IMG/VR virus record: IMGVR_UViG_3300020204_002217
Location: 7,508-71,507 of that record
DNA: 64,000 bases
Source of the DNA: a virus
Reading direction: 5' to 3' (one strand)
Under the pieces are notes generated by a model. It was not told the DNA's origin and searched no databases. It saw only the letters and a list, made by a program, of their open reading frames with translations. The position numbers were made by a program, and so were the translations under genes. Below are positions 18,323 through 25,987 of the stretch, piece by piece; within the stretch, counting starts at the first letter, position 1; every line of letters starts with the position of its first letter.

Positions 18323-19725
18323 AGTGGATGTAATCTATTAGTTTCTTGGCATAATCTATAAAAACTTAATAATTCTGGGAAGATGCTTAACATGTCAGTT
18401 TCACGCCGCTCATCTAGTTCATTAAACCAATTGTAGAAATCTCTACGGCCCTCTACTAATTTATCTTCTTCGTAAACTGTATCTTTCATATAATCCACAA
18501 CACGTTTAAATCTCTCAAATTCTAAAGAGCTAAACTTTTGTCCAGATTTATCGTCTACGTTTTGTTTCATAAAATCTAGGGCATCTTCCATATATGGCAT
18601 AAACTCTATTTTAGGTAACAAGTTCATATCATACTGAATAGGTTCTCTAAGATAAGGAGTATCAAATCTAACACGATGCTGAGGATTTAGTGGATCATCA
18701 TACCAATCATATATACTACGCCATTTTAATATTTTTTCAAGAAGTAATTTAAAAGATGTAACACTGAAAAGGTTGAAAGTTATCATAAAAGTCACAGGGC
18801 TATTAGTAATACTCAAATAAGTATGTAAATTTTTTTCCCACAGTTCAATATCAAGACCAGTACGATTATACTCTGCCCTTGGTCCCCAAGTATCTATACT
18901 TGAAAACAGTTTAAAAGTGCGTATTTTACCTTCATCTACGAGTTTGCGCACACTCTTAGACATCTTTTCAACAAGTGCTGTTTTGGTTCCAAGATTGCTA
19001 TTAATGTTTAGTTCGAGCCAAGGCATAGGATCTTTATCAATTTCATCAAGTACTTGATATGTACTTCTATGCATAGTTGGTTCACCGCCAGTAATGCGCA
19101 TAATGTTTAGTGTCTTGCGTAGTTCAGGCCACCATTTCCAAAATGCATCAACATATGGATTTTCTTCTTCACGTTGATATAGTTTCATCCAGTCAATATC
19201 GCAGCGATGGTTTTTAACACTTGTTACTGGACCATGTTCTTTAATTTCTTGATAGAAACGTGTGCTGTATTTAGGATGACAATAGCCACATTTAAAATTA
19301 CATTCGTTACCGAAATTAATTTCAAGATATTCTGGATTTATATTTTGATTCCAAGGGCCAAATGCTGTTTGATTATATCTTTCTTCAGTAAAGATGCTTG
19401 CATTACGCTGATGTCTATCACTAATATAGTCTGGACCCATAGCTTCAATATTCCAACAATACTGACATCCTTCAGGTTTTTGACCTTCAAGCATCATTTT
19501 TCTTTCATGCTTTTTTTCGTCAGTATTATGCAATGCGCTAGGATTATCTACTAACTCACTTAAAGGAATTTTATGCGGTCGGGGATGATAACAGGAGTGT
19601 GTCTCACCACTTTGTAAGTACATAGTTACATGATGCCATTTGGCTAAACAAAAAGTAGGACCTACTTCGTTCTCTACTTTTATTTTTATATCTTTAATTC
19701 TTTGTATTTCGTAACTCATCACCAA
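18319..19725 (-). CDS. Radical SAM enzyme with an N-terminal twitch-like domain (divergent member)
   Basis: CLAKWHH..HSCYHP..CQYCW; EINFGNECNFKCGYC; ITGGEPT; SSIDTWG. Confidence 0.88.
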   Translation of the reverse strand: MVMSYEIQRIKDIKIKVENEVGPTFCLAKWHHVTMYLQSGETHSCYHPRPHKIPLSELVDNPSALHNTDEKKHERKMMLEGQKPEGCQYCWNIEAMGPDYISDRHQRNASIFTEERYNQTAFGPWNQNINPEYLEINFGNECNFKCGYCHPKYSTRFYQEIKEHGPVTSVKNHRCDIDWMKLYQREEENPYVDAFWKWWPELRKTLNIMRITGGEPTMHRSTYQVLDEIDKDPMPWLELNINSNLGTKTALVEKMSKSVRKLVDEGKIRTFKLFSSIDTWGPRAEYNRTGLDIELWEKNLHTYLSITNSPVTFMITFNLFSVTSFKLLLEKILKWRSIYDWYDDPLNPQHRVRFDTPYLREPIQYDMNLLPKIEFMPYMEDALDFMKQNVDDKSGQKFSSLEFERFKRVVDYMKDTVYEEDKLVEGRRDFYNWFNELDERRETDMLSIFPELLSFYRLCQETNRLHPL

Positions 19726-20681
19726 CCTTCAATCTTTCTTATTACATCCATCTCACGAACTAGTGGACCTTGATTATGTTTGTCTGCGTTATAATGTCTT
19801 TTAAAAAATTTACTTGTTGCTTTGTCTAACGTACAAGTTGGAAGACTTAGCTTATCTTGTAATGGCACTCCAAGCATTGTTGCTTCTTTGAATGGATCTT
19901 TATCTTTATGTTGTTCCCAAAGAATAGGAAAATTATCAAACCACATAACATTTGTATAATCCCAATCTGTAAGCATAGTCATATAGGTTCCTAATCTTGC
20001 ACCGTAAATTGCCCATATACCATTATCAACATCAGATCCTACATTATGCCAAATAGTTAGATTATTTAAATTTCTACTTGCTACGCGCTCAACAAAATCA
20101 TCTACACTTGTTTTAGCACCTTTGTCAAGGACCATTTTTACTCCTTCACGAAACCCTGCACGCCATGCTTGAAAAGGAGTATGGTTGGGATAGGTGGTAC
20201 TATAGCAGTCGTACATAGCCCAATATAAATTGTCCTGACTATCCATACAAAAGTCTACTTGAGTAGCATGACTACCGTCACTAGTTTCATGAGTTTTCAT
20301 GTTTAGGACATATTCTTTAGTCCAACTACTCATGCCACCATTGCCATAACGTAATCCATTTATATTATTAATAGCTTTCCATCTAAATTGCGCACGTTTA
20401 AAATTTGGTTCAAGGTTAGTAAAGTTTAATGTAAGATTGAAAAAATCTTCTTGCGGCATATTGTCGCCATCAATAAGTATAAATCGTGGCGTGTCACTAG
20501 CCTCTGCTGCTGCCTTATGTGCAGCGTCACTACCCTTTACGCCATCAATTCGTTTGGCGTATGGTATCATATTTTTTATTTGAAGCCAAAATTCTTCTTT
20601 TTGTGGCTCGTCGTAACTTAAGTAAATACAGTCTAAATCTGCAACATCTACAATATCATCCGTTAAGTTCATAAGTTTCAA
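19719..20681 (-). CDS. Glycosyltransferase-like (GT-A fold) protein
   Basis: YLSYDEP, RIDGVKG..AHKAAA, FILIDGDN (DxD), YGNGG, AWRAGFREGVK. Confidence 0.6.
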   Translation of the reverse strand: MKLMNLTDDIVDVADLDCIYLSYDEPQKEEFWLQIKNMIPYAKRIDGVKGSDAAHKAAAEASDTPRFILIDGDNMPQEDFFNLTLNFTNLEPNFKRAQFRWKAINNINGLRYGNGGMSSWTKEYVLNMKTHETSDGSHATQVDFCMDSQDNLYWAMYDCYSTTYPNHTPFQAWRAGFREGVKMVLDKGAKTSVDDFVERVASRNLNNLTIWHNVGSDVDNGIWAIYGARLGTYMTMLTDWDYTNVMWFDNFPILWEQHKDKDPFKEATMLGVPLQDKLSLPTCTLDKATSKFFKRHYNADKHNQGPLVREMDVIRKIEGW

Positions 20682-21027
20682 GCTTCCATTTAGTAGTTTT
20701 TAATTTAGTATTAGGTGCTACTATTATACTGATATCTTCCTCAGCACACAATACTCCTTCATTGCTATTGGGCATTAATTTGCATACTATAAAGTTTGGA
20801 TTAACTGTACTGATTTTTCCATCAATTACTCTTAAGTCTGGTCTGCCTTCAGCATAAGTTCTTGCATCAATAACAATATAATTACCATCTAGTTTTTCAC
20901 TAGTATAGCAAACTACCTTACCTGCATCGTCATAATATAAACGGAACTCAGGAACCTCAATTTTCGGAGCTTCAAATAAAGTTATATAAATTGTTTCTTC
21001 AGTCATATACATCCAATTTGTCAGCAA
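20656..21027 (-). CDS. Hypothetical protein (start may be the ATG near 21005)
   Basis: 123-aa ORF that tightly fills the operon; no recognised motif. Confidence 0.6.
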   Translation of the reverse strand: MLTNWMYMTEETIYITLFEAPKIEVPEFRLYYDDAGKVVCYTSEKLDGNYIVIDARTYAEGRPDLRVIDGKISTVNPNFIVCKLMPNSNEGVLCAEEDISIIVAPNTKLKTTKWKLETYELNG

Positions 21028-21793
21028 AGTTCTTTATGTAATAATGAAAGGGATACTGTTGCGGATAAGTATTTATCCTAATTGAATTTTTATGTATTTC
21101 ATAAATTAACGTATCTGTCCAGTTTTCAGTAGGTAATCCATTAATCCATTGTTTCATATGTATCATAGACATTTCATTAAAACTTTTAAGTGTAGTTTTA
21201 TTTTCACCTATAATATGACATGCTATAGCGTATGTCCAATCAGTGCTAACTTCTTCGTCAGGATTACATTTTAAAATTTCTTTCCATTCTTTCCAATTAT
21301 CAAAAACATTTCTTACAATTTTAAAAAACTGTTCTGCTACATTAGATTTTTTGAAATAAGTTAAACTATTATAAACGTTTGGTAATCTATTTTCTTCGAT
21401 AAATTTTCTATAAAATTTACTTTCGCTTATTTCTTGCTTAAAATTTCTTATTGTAGATGATACTACAATGTCCTGTATTTCCAAAACTTCCCACCAATAT
21501 TCAATACTTTTTGGTATGAAAATATCTGCTTCAATTTTTATTGTTTGATCATATGGACTAGCTTCATAAACTTGCCAGTCATTTATTAACTTCCATTTAC
21601 CTGTAGGATCTAAATCACCGTAGGGAAGTTTTATTACTTTATCAAATACTTTTGACTTAAATGTTTCACTTGTAACTAGACTTACGCTTTGATCCGGCAT
21701 AGTCCTTTTAATACTTTTAGCCAAAACTTCCGCACATTTGATATAATTAACATCAATGGTGTTTTGAGCAAGTATTACAAACCCTTTTGTCAT
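20999..21793 (-). CDS. Nucleotide-diphospho-sugar transferase-like protein
   Basis: GFVILA..Y..CA..LA.SIK, FDKVI, YEASPYDQTIKIEADI (DxD-like). Confidence 0.65.
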   Translation of the reverse strand: MTKGFVILAQNTIDVNYIKCAEVLAKSIKRTMPDQSVSLVTSETFKSKVFDKVIKLPYGDLDPTGKWKLINDWQVYEASPYDQTIKIEADIFIPKSIEYWWEVLEIQDIVVSSTIRNFKQEISESKFYRKFIEENRLPNVYNSLTYFKKSNVAEQFFKIVRNVFDNWKEWKEILKCNPDEEVSTDWTYAIACHIIGENKTTLKSFNEMSMIHMKQWINGLPTENWTDTLIYEIHKNSIRINTYPQQYPFHYYIKNFADKLDVYD

Positions 21794-22593
21794 TTAATTA
21801 ACTCTACAAATATGTCTTTATTCATTACGTGAAAGTCCATGTCTTTGATATTAATATATTCTTTACGAATTTTTCCTTTCTTCCAATTATCAAACATTAC
21901 AGTATATTCTGTATTATAAGGATAGTCGTTGTCACGGTATATGCTAGTATTTCTACCTATGTGTAATAAATTCCAAGGTATAATATCTTTTGGCAGTATT
22001 ATATGACCATTCACAATTCGCAACGCTAAGGTTAATGCATAATCGTTTCTGTAGGTACCCGCAATAAAATTATGTATATTAGCATAATGGTCAAAGTTTT
22101 TTTGTATCATTTCTAAGCAATTAAAAATAAATTTAGCCCTGTTAGTTTTTCTGAATGTAACTACAGTTGCCCATAAGGTATTATAACTATACACGCTTAA
22201 GGCTTCTTGTGTAGCAGCAGGATGCATTAAAAATGATGTAGTATCATGACAACAGAAGTCATCATAAAAATCAAAAGTTTTTAGCAATTTGGTTGAATTA
22301 ACCATATAATCTACATCTAATAATAAAGTTTCATCATAAGGACTTAATTCATAAGCTTGATATCTACCTTTATTGATCCAAACTCCCCAGTCACGTTTGT
22401 TGTTTTTGTCTGGTTCTACTGTAATTACTTCATCAAAACTATAGTTTGAGTTGGTAGATAAACTCTCTTTGTCAGTTACCAGAGTTACTGGTAAATTTAA
22501 AAAATGATTTATTCTCTGAGCAGTATATTCTGCCATTGAGTAATAATTATATTTTGGGCTATTAAATGCGAAAAGTATCGCGCCGCGCGTCAT
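21790..22593 (-). CDS. Nucleotide-diphospho-sugar transferase-like protein (paralogue of 20999..21793)
   Basis: GAILFAFN, FDEVI, YELSPYDETLLLDVDY (DxD), YRNDYA. Confidence 0.68.
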   Translation of the reverse strand: MTRGAILFAFNSPKYNYYSMAEYTAQRINHFLNLPVTLVTDKESLSTNSNYSFDEVITVEPDKNNKRDWGVWINKGRYQAYELSPYDETLLLDVDYMVNSTKLLKTFDFYDDFCCHDTTSFLMHPAATQEALSVYSYNTLWATVVTFRKTNRAKFIFNCLEMIQKNFDHYANIHNFIAGTYRNDYALTLALRIVNGHIILPKDIIPWNLLHIGRNTSIYRDNDYPYNTEYTVMFDNWKKGKIRKEYINIKDMDFHVMNKDIFVELIK

Positions 22594-22895
22594 CGTTTAG
22601 CCTCTAACTCTTTCCATTCTTTATGATACTCTTTCATAGTATCAGCATATAATTTCTTAAGTGTATCTAACAGCTCCTTCCTATCTACTTCAATAGGAGT
22701 GTCGTAGAAATCTTTAAGTATCATTTTTTTAGTAGAAAAGAGTGACAAGAAATTTATAGTTTGCTCATTAGCTAACCATAATCCTTGCTGTGTGGCTATT
22801 TGAAATTTATTTTTATATTTTTCACGCAAATAATCTTGCGCTGCTTTATGTGCAAAACGTGCTTTTGCTTCAGTTATTAACCTTTTAGTGTCCAT
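22590..22895 (-). CDS. Hypothetical helical protein, first gene of the biosynthetic cluster
   Basis: 101 aa, AAGGAG RBS, preceded by a late-promoter-like box. Confidence 0.7.
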   Translation of the reverse strand: MDTKRLITEAKARFAHKAAQDYLREKYKNKFQIATQQGLWLANEQTINFLSLFSTKKMILKDFYDTPIEVDRKELLDTLKKLYADTMKEYHKEWKELEAKR

Positions 22896-22911
22896 GACTA
22901 CTCCTTGCGAG

Positions 22912-22918
22912 TATTTAG
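22912..22918 (-). promoter_or_regulatory. Late promoter-like CTAAATA at the head of the GT/radical SAM cluster
   Basis: TCTAAATACTCGCAAGGAGTAGTCATG on the - strand, in the intergenic gap. Confidence 0.55.
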
Positions 22919-22944
22919 ATGGACGACTTAAATGCTAAAAATTA

Positions 22945-23904
22945 TTAGGAACCGGTAACTGTTCCAGTTAAACTAATAGTGCCCCAAGTGTTAGCTATAT
23001 AAGTAGTTGCTGGGGGTCTGACTGTCATAGTTGTTGTTGAACCAGATGATACTACTAGTCCGTCTGGGACTTCATCCCAAATTGTAAATATTGTAATGAC
23101 GTTACCGCAATCTGAATTGCTACCTACTGGGCCATTTGTTCTTGCAATAAATCGAATAAATGTATTCAAATATCCTGATGGGCCTGTACTTGCAGTTTGT
23201 GTGAATATTGTTGTATTAGAATTAGCTGTAGTGTAACTGTAGTATCCACTATTAGTTGAAACTGTAGGTGTGTTGCCGCCTCCGCCAACCTGTGTAACAC
23301 CATTATAACTTGTTCCTGCAACAGTAATACTTCCTGATGTTGGTGCCGAGAGGACTACTGTTCCTACATTGCTTGCTAGACCATTAAATAACAAATTAAT
23401 TCCTGTGCCACTTGGATGTGAAACAGTCATAGCAAGTTGTCCACCGGCATTAAAGAAGTAACGCGCAGCATCACCATTAGCAAAAGTTGCTGTATGTGTA
23501 AATGTTAAGGCTGAACTCCAACTAGCAGCACGTGAAACAGCATTGGCTGCAGTTGAACCTTGAGTTACTGCATTTAAACGACTGGTGAATATTGAAGTTA
23601 AGTTTGTTGGCAATGCGCTATGATATGTAATTATGCCGCCAGCTACAGGCACAGAAATACTTGAAATACTAGTGCCTTGGTGACTTGCAGCGTTAGCACA
23701 GTTGGAAATTAATGTAGCCCATTGACCTACAGCAGCAATGCTTTGTCCTGCACTTACGTTTGCTAAGGCAGTTTGACCGTATCCCTTATCACTACCACCA
23801 GTTGCCCACACAGCATTTAATGTGCCTGAAGTTGTAGTAGGATCCCCGCCAGCAAATGTATTTAAGTCGGCAGCTTGTATTAATCCAAATTGTGCGTAAC
23901 TCAT
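22945..23904 (-). CDS. Virion structural protein (Thr/Ser/Gly-rich, beta-rich)
   Basis: Almost no Lys/Glu; GYGQ and ARYFFNAGG motifs; lies downstream of fibre genes. Confidence 0.6.
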   Translation of the reverse strand: MSYAQFGLIQAADLNTFAGGDPTTTSGTLNAVWATGGSDKGYGQTALANVSAGQSIAAVGQWATLISNCANAASHQGTSISSISVPVAGGIITYHSALPTNLTSIFTSRLNAVTQGSTAANAVSRAASWSSALTFTHTATFANGDAARYFFNAGGQLAMTVSHPSGTGINLLFNGLASNVGTVVLSAPTSGSITVAGTSYNGVTQVGGGGNTPTVSTNSGYYSYTTANSNTTIFTQTASTGPSGYLNTFIRFIARTNGPVGSNSDCGNVITIFTIWDEVPDGLVVSSGSTTTMTVRPPATTYIANTWGTISLTGTVTGS

Positions 23905-23918
23905 TTTTTTTAATCCTA

Positions 23919-25160
23919 TTATCTTATCATTACAATGGCTTCAACAAAGCCTTCTTCTTCTGTATATTTATCTGTTAACGAACGACCTATGGTGTTAAAC
24001 GCATTGGCTTCTCCCTCAAGTGCTGCTCTGGCTTTACCATGCCCTGCACTGACAAGACGCTGTCCTTTTCGTACTTTACCACTAACCTTTACTTGAACTC
24101 TGCCTGAAACCGCTACAGGAGGATGTGTCTTATCATCTCCTGCCATGCCGTTCATTAGATATGCAGCAGTATTTGATATAACGCCAAAGACATCTTCGCT
24201 TAATTCATATTTAACTGCAGTGATTTCTGCTGGTCCACCTAGTTGCACTACAGTGCCAGCATCATATTCTGTGTCAGCCTCAAATCTTTCTGCTAAGTCA
24301 GCATATGTCGCTGTTAATCTTGATCCACTGCTCAATGCCCAGTTACCTGTAATTGTACCGGCAACGCTATTTGCACCTGTAGATAATACTGTACCTAAAA
24401 ATGCTGTTGACGCTGCAGTTGCAGCATTACCTACATTGCCTGCATAGGTGGGCAAAAATAATGCAACGTTACTGTTACTATATGCCGTACCGCCGCCAAA
24501 AACATTAGCCCCGTTACTATACATTAAGTTATCGCATAATAGTCCCTTGTATGGCGCACTAGCACCTGGAGTAATATACATATTACCGTTAGCTAGTATC
24601 ATTGAGTTACCAGTAAGACCACCGGTTACTGTATATGTGCCGTTTATATTGCCTGCAGTTGCATTGCCGCCTGTAGTAATTACAGTTGTGGTTAAATTAG
24701 CCACGTTAGTAGTACCGCTTAAGTTAGCATTGCCTACATTGGCACTTGTAATTACTGTAAGATAGTTAAATGTTGCAGCATTAGCATTACTATTATTAGT
24801 AGCAACAATATTATTTGCTGATAGATTACCTGTAACAGTAACTGCACCGAAACTTGTATTACCACCTGAGCTAGTTGCTGTTAGAGCTAGCCATGCTGCT
24901 GCATTGGATTCGCCGTCAGTTGGACAGACATACAAAGTTGTATTGTTTGTATTGTACCATAGCTGTCCTGCTAACGGGTTAGCTGGTGGTGCTGTATCTG
25001 CGAAATTTTCAAGCATATGGACAAAGTTAGTGTCAAGAGACTGTCCATAACCAGCGTAGTTTCTACCAGGTAATCCTAAAGATGTGCTAGTAGTGTTTAT
25101 TGTACCATCAGCAATGGTAGTTAGTACTGTTCCATCGCTTTTAACAATCGTATATGCCAT
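23919..25160 (-). CDS. Tail fibre/spike-like protein with a C-terminal intramolecular-chaperone (peptidase G2/S74-like) domain
   Basis: N-terminal GRNYAGYG..NFVHMLENFA..P.AGQLWY anchor; Asn/Ala/Thr beta repeats; YADLAERFEAD..YDAGTVV..GVIS..P.A..GRV.VKV.G. Confidence 0.7.
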   Translation of the reverse strand: MAYTIVKSDGTVLTTIADGTINTTSTSLGLPGRNYAGYGQSLDTNFVHMLENFADTAPPANPLAGQLWYNTNNTTLYVCPTDGESNAAAWLALTATSSGGNTSFGAVTVTGNLSANNIVATNNSNANAATFNYLTVITSANVGNANLSGTTNVANLTTTVITTGGNATAGNINGTYTVTGGLTGNSMILANGNMYITPGASAPYKGLLCDNLMYSNGANVFGGGTAYSNSNVALFLPTYAGNVGNAATAASTAFLGTVLSTGANSVAGTITGNWALSSGSRLTATYADLAERFEADTEYDAGTVVQLGGPAEITAVKYELSEDVFGVISNTAAYLMNGMAGDDKTHPPVAVSGRVQVKVSGKVRKGQRLVSAGHGKARAALEGEANAFNTIGRSLTDKYTEEEGFVEAIVMIR

Positions 25161-25179
25161 ATGCTAAACTCCGCTCTTT

Positions 25180-25187
25180 TATTTATC
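25180..25187 (-). promoter_or_regulatory. Late promoter-like GATAAATA
   Basis: Intergenic, upstream of a GGAG RBS and ATG 25160. Confidence 0.55.
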
Positions 25188-25802
25188 TTATATTGTAATC
25201 AAATTAGTAAGGGCTTGTATTCTTACTGTATAATCGATCTGAATTTGTCTATTTAAAGACTTTTGTACTGGATGGAAAATAACATGAGTTAATAGTCTTG
25301 TTATTGTTTCTCCTGCGCTGTCAGTACCATAGTATGCTAATAATCCTAATTCATCAAAAATGTAGTCACTATCAGTTTGGGTGCTATTATCAAAGGCGTC
25401 CTGCCCTGGAGGTTCACCGTAGTCTAATAAACATTGCACTAAAATGTCGCTATATAATTGCCCCGACGTATGATTTACTGTCATTTTATTACGTGTAGGG
25501 TCTAAATTTAATACGCTAGTATCGTCAACAATTTTAGCATATGTCTCGTTGTATAGCGCAGCGTTGATACCTGTAGTGTTTGGGGGTAAATAAGTTATTA
25601 TACCTGTCTCATCTACGCTAGCTCCGCCATTACCAAAAGCCATTTGAAAGATTTGTCCATAGCCCCTGCTACTTAAAGTATCAGCTAAACTAACTGACAT
25701 ATTTTCATAATTAATAGCGTTATTTTTATCAACAAAAACCTCTAAGGAATTAGGGTCATATATCTTTAAAAAGCCCTCAACTTTGTAGGGAACATTTATC
25801 AT
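25188..25802 (-). CDS. Virion structural protein (baseplate/tail-fibre attachment-like)
   Basis: KNNAI, MAFGNGG, LDYGEP, FDELGL, LLTHVIFHPVQKS..IQIDYTVRI, resembling tail-collar/fibre-attachment proteins. Confidence 0.6.
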   Translation of the reverse strand: MINVPYKVEGFLKIYDPNSLEVFVDKNNAINYENMSVSLADTLSSRGYGQIFQMAFGNGGASVDETGIITYLPPNTTGINAALYNETYAKIVDDTSVLNLDPTRNKMTVNHTSGQLYSDILVQCLLDYGEPPGQDAFDNSTQTDSDYIFDELGLLAYYGTDSAGETITRLLTHVIFHPVQKSLNRQIQIDYTVRIQALTNLITI

Positions 25803-25972
25803 TAGGTATCGCCCCTTTTCTGCACTAACACTTGACCTGTCTTTGCATCATAAATCTTTACATGTGTTGTAATATTAACGCCGCTGTTTTCATTTGGCTT
25901 ATTAAGATGTATCTTAACATCTTTATTAGGATTTTGCTTATTTTCAGGGGGATTTATTACAATTTTGCTCAT
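25802..25972 (-). CDS. Small 56-aa protein (not in the ORF track)
   Basis: MSKIVINPPENKQNPNKDVKIHLNKPNENSGVNITTHVKIYDAKTGQVLVQKRGDT*. TAATG couples it to the next gene; a late promoter lies 5 nt upstream. Confidence 0.7.
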   Translation of the reverse strand: MSKIVINPPENKQNPNKDVKIHLNKPNENSGVNITTHVKIYDAKTGQVLVQKRGDT

Positions 25973-25977
25973 AGTTT

Positions 25978-25985
25978 TATTTATC
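25978..25985 (-). promoter_or_regulatory. Late promoter-like GATAAATA
   Basis: GATAAATAAAACTATG, 5 nt before ATG 25972. Confidence 0.55.
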
Positions 25986-25987
25986 TT

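Noticed and set aside
1-22918. Cluster as a host LPS/capsule locus or a bacterial chimera
   Set aside because: It is contiguous and co-oriented with phage tail genes, shares the phage late-promoter-like boxes, and has no Wzx/Wzy/ABC export or other multi-pass membrane proteins.
1-22918. Cluster as a 7-deazaguanine or other known DNA-modification pathway
   Set aside because: No QueC/QueD/FolE/DpdA, hydroxymethylase or TET/JBP motifs are seen in this window. A novel DNA modification is disfavoured but not excluded.
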